From the NCBI GenBank assembly GCA_963805625.1, contig CAWDVE010000024.1:1-64000 (forward strand): DNA of 64,000 nucleotides, read 5' to 3'. This document shows, in pieces, positions 29,608-39,139 of the stretch; the first letter of the stretch is position 1, and every line of letters starts with the position of its first letter. The notes under the pieces were generated by a model that was given only the letters and a program-made list of their open reading frames with translations, was not told where the DNA came from and made no database searches. Position numbers and translations under genes: made by a program. The stretch is from an uncultured Candidatus Rokubacteria bacterium. GTDB taxonomy: Bacteria; Methylomirabilota; Methylomirabilia; Rokubacteriales; DASRDR01.

Positions 29608-29623
29608 TGCAAAGAGGGAGCCA
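29608..29623 (-). promoter_or_regulatory. Putative sigma54 promoter
   Basis: TGGCTCCCTCTTTGCA on the minus strand (GG-N10-GC). Confidence 0.55.
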
Positions 29624-29807
29624 GAGCGCCCCGCATCCTAGTGGCGCCAGCCAATCCGTCCCGACGCGTGGATTGACATCGGAAGTGCTCCTGGCCGGGC
29701 GGTGGTGACAAACTCCGGAACCAAGGCGCGAAAATCTGGCGGCTCCCAGGTGCGCCCGGGAGCCGCCGATCCGCGAAGGCGCCCTTCGCCCTCGTGACGC
29801 GCCGCCG

Positions 29808-31430
29808 CTACGCGGGGCTTCGCCGGTCGAGGACGATCTCGCCCGCGACCACCGACAGGACGGGCTCGATCGCCGCGATCTCCGACTCCGGGCACGTGAA
29901 GACATCAGCCGAGCAGACGACCAGGTCCGCCTGCTTCCCCGGCTCCAGCGTGCCGAGCTCGGCCTCCTGGTGCGCGGCGTACGCGTTCCAGGCGGTGAAG
30001 GCGCGGACCGCTTCCGCGCGCGTCATCCGCTGGTCCGGCTGCCAGCCCGGATCCGGGCCCGTACGCGGGCGTCGCGTCACCGCGGCGTGAATCCCGTGGA
30101 ACGGATTCGGTAGCTCGACCGGGAAGTCCGAGCCGCCGGCAATCAGGGTTCCCGTGCGGAGCAGCGAGCGCCAGGCGTAGGCCCCGGGGATCCGCTCCGC
30201 GCCGAGCCGTGTGTCCGCCCAGGGCATGTCCGAGGTGCAGTGCGTCGGCTGCATGCTCGGGAGCACACCGAGCGCGCGGAAGCGGGGAATGTCCGGCTCC
30301 GCTAGGATCTGCGCATGCTCGACGCGATGGCGCGGGTCCGCTCCCGGGATGGCCGCGAGGCGGCCGCCGGCCGTACTCGGGCGCCCCATGATCACGGCTT
30401 CGAGCACGTCGAGGACGAGCGTGTTGGCCCGGTCGCCGATCGCGTGGACGCAGACCTGGAAGCCCCGGGCGGCGGCGGCCCGAGCGCGCGCCTCGAGCTC
30501 ATCGACCGGCAGCAGGAGGAGTCCGCGATTCGCCGGGTCGTCGCAGTACGGCGCGTGGAGCGCGGCGCCCCGGGAGCCCAGCGCGCCGTCCGCCATCAGC
30601 TTCACGGCCCCGACGGCCAGCCGGCCATCGCCAGCCCGTGCGGGGCCCTCGTCGAGCGCCGCCTGCCACGCGGAGGCGTCGGCCCCCCTGAGCGCGACGT
30701 GATTCCGGAAGGGGAACGCCCCCGCGGCGGCGAGCCGGCGGTAGGCGGCGAGGGCGTCCAGGTCGGCCCCCATCTCGTGGACGCCGGTGAGTCCGACCGC
30801 GAGGCAGTCGGCGATGGCCGCTCGCACGGCGTCGTCCAGCTGGGCCGGGCCGGGGCGTGGCTCGACCCGTCGGACGAGCTCCTGGGCGGTATCCACCAGG
30901 ACGCCGGTGGGTTCGCCGCTTCCGTCGCGCTCGAGGCGGCCCCCGGGCGGGTCGGGCGTGTGCCGGTCGATCCCGGCGATCCGGAGCGCCGTCGAGCTGG
31001 CCCAGATCGCGTGGCCATCCACGCGGACCAGGGCCACGGGATGATCGGGTGCCGCGCGGTCGAGTGACGCCCGGGTCGGAAAGCGCGCGCCCGGCCACCG
31101 ATTCTGATCCCACCCCCGACCCGCGATCCACTCGCCTGGGCGGGCGGACCCGGCCCGCGCGGCCACGCGCCCGGCGCACGCCGCCTCGGAGGCGAGCCCC
31201 GCGACGTCGAGCGCCAGGCGGAGGCGCGCGAGGTACATGAGGTGGCCATGGGCGTCGACGAGTCCCGGCAGCACGGCCCGCCCGCGGAGGTCGATCTCGG
31301 GCTCCCCGGCCGGGACGTTGACGTCCCCCCGCCGGCCGGCGAAGACGACGCGGCCTGCCCGGACGACCAGGGTGTCGACGACCCGATCGCCTGGATCGAG
31401 CGTGTAGATGCGGCCGTTGGAGAGGAGCAT
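29808..31430 (-). CDS. Amidohydrolase 3 family (YtcJ-like)
   Basis: PGLVDAHGH, KLMADGALGSRGA, HAIGDRA, RVEHAQ, GSDFPVE. Confidence 0.92.
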   Translation of the reverse strand: MLLSNGRIYTLDPGDRVVDTLVVRAGRVVFAGRRGDVNVPAGEPEIDLRGRAVLPGLVDAHGHLMYLARLRLALDVAGLASEAACAGRVAARAGSARPGEWIAGRGWDQNRWPGARFPTRASLDRAAPDHPVALVRVDGHAIWASSTALRIAGIDRHTPDPPGGRLERDGSGEPTGVLVDTAQELVRRVEPRPGPAQLDDAVRAAIADCLAVGLTGVHEMGADLDALAAYRRLAAAGAFPFRNHVALRGADASAWQAALDEGPARAGDGRLAVGAVKLMADGALGSRGAALHAPYCDDPANRGLLLLPVDELEARARAAAARGFQVCVHAIGDRANTLVLDVLEAVIMGRPSTAGGRLAAIPGADPRHRVEHAQILAEPDIPRFRALGVLPSMQPTHCTSDMPWADTRLGAERIPGAYAWRSLLRTGTLIAGGSDFPVELPNPFHGIHAAVTRRPRTGPDPGWQPDQRMTRAEAVRAFTAWNAYAAHQEAELGTLEPGKQADLVVCSADVFTCPESEIAAIEPVLSVVAGEIVLDRRSPA

Positions 31431-31440
31431 CGCTCGCAGC

Positions 31441-32916
31441 CTACACGGCTCTGGCCGGTGACGGCGCCGGGCGACTGCCGTGGGCGCCGAGGATCGGCCA
31501 GACCGAGAGCCAGATGTAGAGCCCGATGCCAAGGAGCCGTCCCGCGCCGCTCGCGCCGAAGATGACCTGGAACCCGAACGTGTCGGCGAGCCAGCCGCCG
31601 AGGAGCGGCCCCACCACTGCGCTCGCAAACACCACCGTCTGGTAGAGCGCCACCGCCTGGGGCCGATGGGATCCGGGGGTGAGTTCGAGCAGGAGCGCGA
31701 AGTTGGCCAGGTTGTAGCCGGCCCAGGCGAGTCCAGCGTAAGCCTCGAGCACGCCGACCTGCCAGGGCGCCGTCACCCAGATCCAGGCGGTGGGGATGAT
31801 CGGGATCAGGAGGCCGGTCAGCGCCTGGGTCTTCAGCGCGCCCAGGCGGTCCATGACACGGCCGAAGAGGGCGCTGCCGATGAGCCCGAAGAGCGTGTTG
31901 ACGCCGGCGAGGAGGCCGACGGTCCCGGCCCCCGCGCCGAGGTGACGGACCAGGTAGACGTTGAAGAAGGGCGCCGCCACCTGAAGCGCAAGGTTCCACA
32001 CGAAACCGCTCACGATCAGTCCGAGGAATGCCCGATTGCCGGCGACCGCGCTCCAGAGACCGGTTGTCGTGCCTGCGGCCGGGCGCGCCCGGCTTGCCAG
32101 GTGCGGCTCCGGGATCATCAGGAAGCAGGCGGTGCCGGCCAGGCCCGTCAGGAAGGCGAGGGCGAACACGGCCTGATAGCCGAGGTTCGGCTGGCCGAGC
32201 CAGCCGTTCCCGGCCTTGATGAGCCAGCCGGCGAGGGGCGCGACCAGGAGTGCCGCCAGCATGATCATGAGGTTGCGATTCCCGAAGTACTGCGCGCGCA
32301 GGCGCGGTGGGACCAGATCGCCGACTAGCACGGTCCACGCCGGGTTGCCGAAGTTCGACATGAAGGACCGGACCCCGTTGAGGGCGATGATCAGCCAGAT
32401 GGCGGTGGCGGGGACGGGGGTCATCCACGGCACCAGCGCGAGGGCGAGCAGCGCGATGCGCGCGAAGCCGCCGACGGTCCACGTGACGAGGGGCTTCCGG
32501 TGCCGGGCCGCGTCGGCGGCGCGCGCTCCCGGGAACAGGGAGACGGCGCCGAGGAGGTTCTGAATCGCGGCCACGAGACCCAGCTGGCTCGTGCTCGCGC
32601 CGTAGGCGAGGGCGTAGAGGACGATGAACCCGAGATAGAGGTTGTCGCTGACCGTGGTGAAGAAGCCGTCGAGCCACGACCACCGGATCCCCGCGAGCCG
32701 CCGGGGTGTGAGGGCCTCGTCATCTTCTCCCGCCTCGGGCTTGGGGTGCTTGAGCGCCTCCCAGTTGAGCCGGTGCGGCCGGAGGTGATCGAGGCGGCTC
32801 ACCCGGCGCTGCACGACGTGCAGGTGCCAGCGGCTCGGTGCGAGCAGGGTCTCGCGGGGCACGATGAAGCGATCGAGCCAGGCGAGCCGCGCGCGGCCGC
32901 GATCGTGGAAACTCAC
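31441..32916 (-). CDS. MFS transporter
   Basis: About 12 hydrophobic segments; GRVMDRLG motif. Confidence 0.8.
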   Translation of the reverse strand: MSFHDRGRARLAWLDRFIVPRETLLAPSRWHLHVVQRRVSRLDHLRPHRLNWEALKHPKPEAGEDDEALTPRRLAGIRWSWLDGFFTTVSDNLYLGFIVLYALAYGASTSQLGLVAAIQNLLGAVSLFPGARAADAARHRKPLVTWTVGGFARIALLALALVPWMTPVPATAIWLIIALNGVRSFMSNFGNPAWTVLVGDLVPPRLRAQYFGNRNLMIMLAALLVAPLAGWLIKAGNGWLGQPNLGYQAVFALAFLTGLAGTACFLMIPEPHLASRARPAAGTTTGLWSAVAGNRAFLGLIVSGFVWNLALQVAAPFFNVYLVRHLGAGAGTVGLLAGVNTLFGLIGSALFGRVMDRLGALKTQALTGLLIPIIPTAWIWVTAPWQVGVLEAYAGLAWAGYNLANFALLLELTPGSHRPQAVALYQTVVFASAVVGPLLGGWLADTFGFQVIFGASGAGRLLGIGLYIWLSVWPILGAHGSRPAPSPARAV

Positions 32917-32968
32917 CGCGCCATGGTGACCGCTCGGCCTGAGCGGCGCAAGAGCTAGACTGGACGCC

Positions 32969-33703
32969 GTGGCGCGCGGGGCTCGGCATTCTGGACGGGG
33001 ACGGGTGTGGCGCCGGCTCGCGCTCCTCGGGCTCCTGGCCGTGAGTGCCTGGCTCGCCTACGAGGTCTGGACGTGGCCGCGCATGGGCGCCCTCGCCGCG
33101 CGCCCGCCCCGGACCACGGCATTCATCGACCGCTATCGAGCGGAGCAGCGCGAGACCGGACGGGACGACCGCATCCAGTGGACGTGGGTGCCCTACGCCG
33201 CCATCTCGGTGCACGTCAAGCGCGCCGTGGTCGTCGCCGAGGACATCGGATTCTTCGCCCACGGGGGCGTCGACCTCGACGAGGTGGAGGATGCACTCGA
33301 GCGCGCCGTCGAACGGAAGGAGCTGCCGCGCGGGGCGTCCACCATCACGCAGCAGCTCGCGAAGAATCTCTGGCTGACGCCCTCGCGGAACCCGCTCCGG
33401 AAGGGGCGGGAGGCGCTCCTCGCGTGGCAGCTCGAGCGAACGCTCACCAAGCGGCGGATCCTGGAACTCTACCTCAATGTCGCCGAGTTCGGGCCAGGAT
33501 GCTACGGGGTCGAGGCGGCGGCGCGCCGGTATTTCGGGAAGTCCGCTGCGGACGTGGCTCCACTCGAGGCGGCGCAGCTCGCGGCGAGCCTTCCGAACCC
33601 GCGCGCCTGGCACCCGGGCTCGACGGGCCGGGCCTACCAGGCGCACGTGGCGCGGATACTCCGTCGCGTCGAGCGCGCCGACTGGCTCGGTCGGCTCCTC
33701 TGA
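32969..33703 (+). CDS. mtgA: Monofunctional peptidoglycan transglycosylase
   Basis: AEDIGFFAHGG, RGASTITQQLAKNL, RKGRE, LELYLNVAEFG. Confidence 0.92.
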   Translation: MARGARHSGRGRVWRRLALLGLLAVSAWLAYEVWTWPRMGALAARPPRTTAFIDRYRAEQRETGRDDRIQWTWVPYAAISVHVKRAVVVAEDIGFFAHGGVDLDEVEDALERAVERKELPRGASTITQQLAKNLWLTPSRNPLRKGREALLAWQLERTLTKRRILELYLNVAEFGPGCYGVEAAARRYFGKSAADVAPLEAAQLAASLPNPRAWHPGSTGRAYQAHVARILRRVERADWLGRLL

Positions 33704-33712
33704 CGGCGGACG

Positions 33713-34729
33713 TCAGCGACTGATGCCGAGAATCGGCCGGGTCGAGCCCCCGAGCGCCCGGATGACGGCAGTCAGGACCTCGTCCGGCGTGTCCGGCCAG
33801 ACGGGCCCGCCGGGCCCGACGACGAGCCCCTCTTCCCTGACATCCGCGAGGGCGTTGCGCGCGGCCAGCACGGCCGCCGCCGGCGGCTCATCACGGAGGG
33901 CTCTGGGGTCGAGCCCCCCTAGCGCCGCGGCGCCCAGCCGCGCGTGACCGTCCACGAGCGCGGGCAGGTCCGCGCTCGGTGCCCAGCCCACCACGTCGAC
34001 GGGCCAGGTCGCCACCCGCGCGAAGGGAACGGGTCCGGTGACATGGACCACTCGGAGCGCCGCCCGGCCGTCGAGGGCGGCCAGGACCGCCCGGTCGTGG
34101 GGCTCGAGGAGCTCGGCGTAGGTCGACGCCCCGAACGCGGGCTCGGCGGGCGCGTGCACCGTGTAGAGCACCCCGGCCAGGCCCTCGGCGAGGCAGAGCT
34201 CGGCGAAGCGGATCTGGGTCTCGGCGAGCGCCCGCAGGGCGTCGCCGACGAGCCCCGGCCACTCCCGGAGATGGGCGGCGAGCCGGCCGCCCCCCAGGCG
34301 CGCCGCCACGGTCGAGGGCGCGGGAAGCACCACGATCACCGGGGCATCCCCGATACGGCGGTCGAACCCCACGCGGACAAGCGTTTCCACGACGTCTCCG
34401 TAGCCGGGGGCCGACGCCGGATCGAGCGCCCGGATCGCCCCCCAGTCCTCGGGCCGGGTCACTGCGCAGCGGGTGCAGGGACGGCTCCCATCGTTCCGGG
34501 GGGCCTCGGCCTCCACGCAGCCCCAGGCCTGGGCGGCATAGCCGGCCCGCGGCACCACGGCCAGGAAGTCCGACCCGTACCGGTCGTGGAAGCGGAGGGT
34601 CGCCTGGGCCAGGGCCGCGGGCGACCGATCCGCCGTGGGGAAGTAGCGCCAGAAGGCATAGGGGGGGCGGTCCACGGGCTCGCGCCGGGCCGCGGCGCGG
34701 ACGCGGTCGAGACGACCCAGGGGCGCCAT
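33713..34729 (-). CDS. Uroporphyrinogen decarboxylase (URO-D/MtaA) fold protein
   Basis: RVRAA..EPVDRPP, GGLD and GPGG motifs; divergent. Confidence 0.65.
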   Translation of the reverse strand: MAPLGRLDRVRAAARREPVDRPPYAFWRYFPTADRSPAALAQATLRFHDRYGSDFLAVVPRAGYAAQAWGCVEAEAPRNDGSRPCTRCAVTRPEDWGAIRALDPASAPGYGDVVETLVRVGFDRRIGDAPVIVVLPAPSTVAARLGGGRLAAHLREWPGLVGDALRALAETQIRFAELCLAEGLAGVLYTVHAPAEPAFGASTYAELLEPHDRAVLAALDGRAALRVVHVTGPVPFARVATWPVDVVGWAPSADLPALVDGHARLGAAALGGLDPRALRDEPPAAAVLAARNALADVREEGLVVGPGGPVWPDTPDEVLTAVIRALGGSTRPILGISR

Positions 34730-34845
34730 CGGCGGGGATGCTAGCACGGGTCGACCTTGGCGGGGACTTGGCGTATCCTTTTCGGTCGGAAGTCCGATGC
34801 CATCTTCCACATCATGTCGTCCGACGGACGGGAGGGTTTCCTGAC

Positions 34846-35457
34846 ATGACACGGTTCAGTGTGCGGTGGGCAGTGCCGGTGCTCGCGGGCGTCGCCCTGC
34901 TGGTGGCAGGCTGCGATTCTCCCCCGGAGGCCGAGAAGAAGGCGGCCGATGCGGCGATCGCGGCGGCCAAGTCGGCGGAGGCGGACAAGTACGCCGGCCC
35001 CGCCTACAAGGCGGTGACCGATCTCCAGCGGCAGGCCGAGAGCTTCATGGGTGAGAAGAAGTACAAGGAGGCGAAGGCGGCGTACGAGCGGGCCAAGGGC
35101 CTCGCCGACGACGCCAGCAAGGCGGCCGTGACAGGCAAGGCCACGATGACGGCCGAAGTGGAGAAGGGCATCGCCGCCGCCGAGGCCGCGTGGACGGGCC
35201 TCGAGAAGCAAGCTCAGGCCGCGGCGAAGAAGATGAAGCCGGACATGAAGAAGGCCTGGACGGACGACGAGAAGGCGGCGAAGGACGCGCTGCAGGCGGC
35301 GAAGGCCGCGGTGGCCAAGGCGCCGGCCGAGGCCAAGGACAAGCTCGCCGTGGTGCTGGCCTCGATCGAGAAGTGGACGAAGGATCTTGCCGCAGCCGCG
35401 ACGCCGGCGCCGAAGACGCCCCAGGTCAAGACGCCCGCTCCCGCGAAGAAGCCGTAG
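34846..35457 (+). CDS. Ala/Lys-rich helical lipoprotein (DUF4398-like)
   Basis: Lipobox VAGC; PP..E...A..AI..AK..A.A.KYA pattern. Confidence 0.75.
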   Translation: MTRFSVRWAVPVLAGVALLVAGCDSPPEAEKKAADAAIAAAKSAEADKYAGPAYKAVTDLQRQAESFMGEKKYKEAKAAYERAKGLADDASKAAVTGKATMTAEVEKGIAAAEAAWTGLEKQAQAAAKKMKPDMKKAWTDDEKAAKDALQAAKAAVAKAPAEAKDKLAVVLASIEKWTKDLAAAATPAPKTPQVKTPAPAKKP

Positions 35458-35536
35458 CAAGTCTCTGATGCCGCGGCCGGCCGCGCTTCGTACCGGAGCC
35501 CGGTCGGCCGCGGTGGCTTCCCGGGTCGACGCGCGA

Positions 35537-35785
35537 TCAGTCGACCCCCCGCTCGACGACCAGCGTCACCTCGTCCTCGATCGCGCGACCGCGGTTGCCG
35601 GGTCGTACCGTCCAGTCCGGATGCGCGCGAATCGCACGGACGGCGGCCTCCACCACCCGCGGGGCGATCCGGTCCTGGAACTCGCGGAGCCATCCGTAGC
35701 CGTCCAGCTCGCCGTCATAACCCTCCTCGAACGCGCAGCGGAGATCGAGTCTCAGCGTGAAGTCCCGCTCCTCGACGAAGCGCAT
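35537..35785 (-). CDS. Small hypothetical protein
   Basis: Coding-like composition with a GGAG RBS. Confidence 0.6.
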   Translation of the reverse strand: MRFVEERDFTLRLDLRCAFEEGYDGELDGYGWLREFQDRIAPRVVEAAVRAIRAHPDWTVRPGNRGRAIEDEVTLVVERGVD

Positions 35786-35925
35786 CTGGGCTCCTTCTGC
35801 CGGTGTCCGGTGGTGGTTGCTCGTGGGGCGACGCTGGGGAGCGGTGCCGGTCGCTAGATTGTACGATGGCTGTGATCGGAGGCTGAGTCCGCGATCCGGA
35901 ACCTTCTTCGCTCAGGAGGTGCGCC

Positions 35926-36438
35926 ATGAGCGTCGTGATTGGTGCGGTGGGGTTAGCGCTCCTCGCTCTCACGGTCCTGCCGGTCCCCGCGACCGCATAC
36001 TCCATGGTGGCCGTCATCGAGACCCAGAGCCAGGGTCCACTCGCCTGTGGCAACACCGCGCGAGGCCTGGAAGGGACGCAGACGCTCCTCGGGATCTCGG
36101 ACGAGATCCTGCTGCCCTCGGCGGAGGGCGTGGGCGGCGACCCCAGTGGGGCGCTCCAGGTCCGGCCCGTCGTCGTCATCAAGGAGCTCGATCGGTGCAC
36201 GCCGCCGCTGTTCCTGGCGCTCGTGAACCGGGAACGGATCCGCCTCGTCGAGATCCGGCTGTTCGACCGGCAGGGCATCCACTTCTTCACGATTCGACTG
36301 GAGGACGCGCTCGTCACGCGTATCTCGCGACAGGTTCGCTCGCACGGCCTGCACGAGGAAGTCGCGTTCACGTTCCGGGCGATCCAGCTCATCGACGAGC
36401 GGAGCGGGGCGAGCGCCTCTCACCAGTTTTCCGGTTGA
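35926..36438 (+). CDS. Hcp (T6SS tube)-like protein with an N-terminal signal peptide
   Basis: SQGPL, PVVVIKELDRCTPPLFLALVN, FFTIRLEDALVT and EEVAFTF match the Hcp1 pattern; AGGAGG RBS; leader ends in ATA. Confidence 0.75.
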   Translation: MSVVIGAVGLALLALTVLPVPATAYSMVAVIETQSQGPLACGNTARGLEGTQTLLGISDEILLPSAEGVGGDPSGALQVRPVVVIKELDRCTPPLFLALVNRERIRLVEIRLFDRQGIHFFTIRLEDALVTRISRQVRSHGLHEEVAFTFRAIQLIDERSGASASHQFSG

Positions 36439-36469
36439 CCTCGCCTGGCCCGCGCACTGGCCCGGCGCC

Positions 36470-37387
36470 TCAGGGGGCGCCCGCGGCGTGAGGCTTCAGT
36501 ACCCCGAGGGCGACCTGGTGGAACGGGGTGTCGATCCCCGCTGCCCGCCCCAGCCGCCAGACGGCGCCCGACAGCCAGTCGACCTCGAGCCGCCGCCCCC
36601 GCTCCAGGTCGATCGCCAGCGACGCCCGCCACGTCGCCGGCATGCCCTGGACGAACGAGAGCGTCCGCCGCACGTCCTCCTCGGTGAGCCCGACCCCGTG
36701 CGCGTTTGCCACCGCCACGACCTCGCGCATGCCCTGCTCCGCCAGGCGCCAGGTTTCCTCGTGGGCGCGGACGCGGGCGAGCGCCACGCGGGTCATCGCG
36801 CTCAGGGCCCCCATCGGGGCCATGACCAGGAACTTCCGCCAGATCTCGAGGCGAATGTCGGGGCTCGACACGGTCTCGATGCCGGCGCGATTCCCGAGTG
36901 TCACGAGGCGGGCGAGCCGTGCGCTCTCCCGCCCGTCCAACTCGCCCACCGTGAGGCGGTTCAGCGCGTTGTGCTGGATCACGCCCGGTGCCGCGATCTC
37001 AGCATTGATCAGGACGACGCCGCCGACGGCGTGTGCCCGGCCGCGGAGGCGCTCCACGATATCCGTGGCATCGATCCCGTTCTGCAGGCACACGATCGCG
37101 GTGTCGTGGCCGACCATCGGCGCGATCGCCCGCGCGGCGGCCTCCACGTCGTAGAGCTTCGTCGCTAGGAGCACGGCGTCGACGGCACCGACCGCAGCCG
37201 GATCGTCAGTGGCGGCGGCCGGCGCGATCAGCAGGTCACCGAGCGGACTCCGGACCGTGAGCCCGTGCGCGCGGATCGCCGTCAGATGTGGGCCACGCGC
37301 CACGAAGGTCACCTCGGCCCCGGCCGCCGCCAGCCGCGCGCCGAGGTAGCCGCCGATGGAGCCGGATCCCATCACCGCGATCTTCAT
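36470..37387 (-). CDS. Ketopantoate reductase family (PanE/ApbA)
   Basis: MKIAVMGSGSIGG, LQNGID, WRKF, DLERGRRLEVD. Confidence 0.88.
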   Translation of the reverse strand: MKIAVMGSGSIGGYLGARLAAAGAEVTFVARGPHLTAIRAHGLTVRSPLGDLLIAPAAATDDPAAVGAVDAVLLATKLYDVEAAARAIAPMVGHDTAIVCLQNGIDATDIVERLRGRAHAVGGVVLINAEIAAPGVIQHNALNRLTVGELDGRESARLARLVTLGNRAGIETVSSPDIRLEIWRKFLVMAPMGALSAMTRVALARVRAHEETWRLAEQGMREVVAVANAHGVGLTEEDVRRTLSFVQGMPATWRASLAIDLERGRRLEVDWLSGAVWRLGRAAGIDTPFHQVALGVLKPHAAGAP

Positions 37388-37480
37388 CGATGACACCTCC
37401 CGGAGTCGCTCGGGAGCCCGCGGGCCCACCGGAAGCGAGCTGAGCCTCGCCGTGGAATCGGCGCTCTGCGCCGACTCAGG

Positions 37481-38356
37481 TCAGGGGCGTGGTTGGCCCT
37501 GAAGCCGCGAGCGCCGGGCGAGCTTTGTCACCTGGTTGAGCCCAACCTCGGCGAGGTAGAGGTTCCCGCGCGAGTCACCCCAGACGCCGTGGGCGCCCAC
37601 GTTCACCGGCCGGCCGCGGGCCACGAGGCGCCCCTCGGGGGAGTACATGCTGATGCGCGGGATTTGGTCGGTGACGTAGACGGTGCCGGTGGCGTCGACG
37701 TAGATGTCCATGGGGTGGTAGAGGTCTCGCCACTCACCGTAGTAGTCGCCCTCCGGGCTGAACAGCTGGACCCGATCGTTCTCCCGATCGGCGACGAGCA
37801 CGCGGTTCTGCCCGTCGACCCAGATGCCGTGGGGCGTCGTGAACTGGGCGTGCCCCGAGCCCGGCGTGCCCCAGGAGCCCAGGTACCGGCCCTCGGCCGA
37901 GAACCGGTGCACTGACGAGTTGCCGTACCCGTCCGCGACGTAGATCTCGCCGGCCGGCGACACGGCGACGTCGGCGGGGTGATTGAACGGCGCCTGAAGC
38001 GAGGGGCGTCCGCGCTGGCCCAGCACCAGCACGATCCGACCCTCCGGCGTGAGCTTCAGGACCTCGTGCTCGTCCCGGTTGCAGAGATAGACGTGATCGT
38101 CCGGGCCAATGAAGATCCCGTGAGCATCGCGCAGGCGCTCGCTTCCCCACCCGCTGAGGAAGTGGCCGTTGGCGTCGAAGACCAGGACCGGCGGGTCCTT
38201 CCGCTGGTAGAAGTAGACGCGGTCCTTCGAGTCCACCGCCACGTGGCTGACCAGCCCGAGGCTCCAGCCCGCCGGCAGGGTGCCCCAGGGCCGCACCACG
38301 TCGTAGACGAAATCGCCGGTACCCACCACGAGCCCGGGCGCCTGATCGCTCGACAT
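37481..38356 (-). CDS. NHL-repeat protein (PAL-like beta-propeller)
   Basis: FNHPADVAV, YVADGYGNS, FTTPHGIW, VADRENDRVQ. Confidence 0.85.
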   Translation of the reverse strand: MSSDQAPGLVVGTGDFVYDVVRPWGTLPAGWSLGLVSHVAVDSKDRVYFYQRKDPPVLVFDANGHFLSGWGSERLRDAHGIFIGPDDHVYLCNRDEHEVLKLTPEGRIVLVLGQRGRPSLQAPFNHPADVAVSPAGEIYVADGYGNSSVHRFSAEGRYLGSWGTPGSGHAQFTTPHGIWVDGQNRVLVADRENDRVQLFSPEGDYYGEWRDLYHPMDIYVDATGTVYVTDQIPRISMYSPEGRLVARGRPVNVGAHGVWGDSRGNLYLAEVGLNQVTKLARRSRLQGQPRP

Positions 38357-38629
38357 TCGCTGTCTCCCGAGGTCGGGCGCCGATTGCCCCCCGCCCGCCC
38401 GAGTATAGGGCACCGCGGATGGAATCGGCGCGGCCGGTCCGAGGAGGGGCGACGGGTGCGGCCTGGCGCGGGCTGACGCGCCGCGCGCGTTCCTCCTGAC
38501 GAGTGGCCGCGGCGGCGGCGTGCGCGTCGAGCTGCCAGACGCGCGGGTCACGCCCCTTCTGGCGAGCTGCGTGGTCCACGCTCGCTGGGACAACCACCTC
38601 GCCGTTGGGCGGACGCGGCCGCCGGCCAG

Positions 38630-39094
38630 CTAGCTGGTCGAGCGCCGCGCCGAGCGGCCCGGGTCGGACCGCCCTCGCGGAGGCCTTTGTAGGCGGGCCG
38701 GGGGCGAGGACCCGGGCGCGTCGAGCGTCGCGAGCAGGCGTCGCGCGCACTCGCGCTTGGACGGGTCCTGGTCGCGGGCGACGATGCGTTGGAGGACGGA
38801 GCGCGCGCGCGGGTCGCCAGCGTCGCCGAGCGCGAAGCCCAGGACATCGCGCCGGTCGAACCACGTCCGGTCGAACGGCACTTCGACGAGAGGCAAGCGG
38901 GTCCAGTAATACTGGAGCTCGTCGGAGCGCCAGCCCGCGTAGACCTCCTCCCACGTGAAAGGCTGGCCGTCGGGATTGGCGTTGTCCGGATTGAAGGCGT
39001 CCCGGACGCGCTGGAAGCGGCAGTCGATCGACATCCGGAGACGGTCGCAGTGGATGCACGGAGCGTGGCTCGACCATTTCACGGTAGCGGGCAA
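38630..39094 (-). CDS. Hypothetical protein or remnant with a HEAT-like repeat
   Basis: ALGDAGDPRARSVL HEAT-like helix pair; start uncertain. Confidence 0.4.
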   Translation of the reverse strand: MPATVKWSSHAPCIHCDRLRMSIDCRFQRVRDAFNPDNANPDGQPFTWEEVYAGWRSDELQYYWTRLPLVEVPFDRTWFDRRDVLGFALGDAGDPRARSVLQRIVARDQDPSKRECARRLLATLDAPGSSPPARLQRPPRGRSDPGRSARRSTS

Positions 39095-39139
39095 CGGCCT
39101 GGTCGTCGACGTGTCGGACCCGATCTGGCGGCGGGATGG

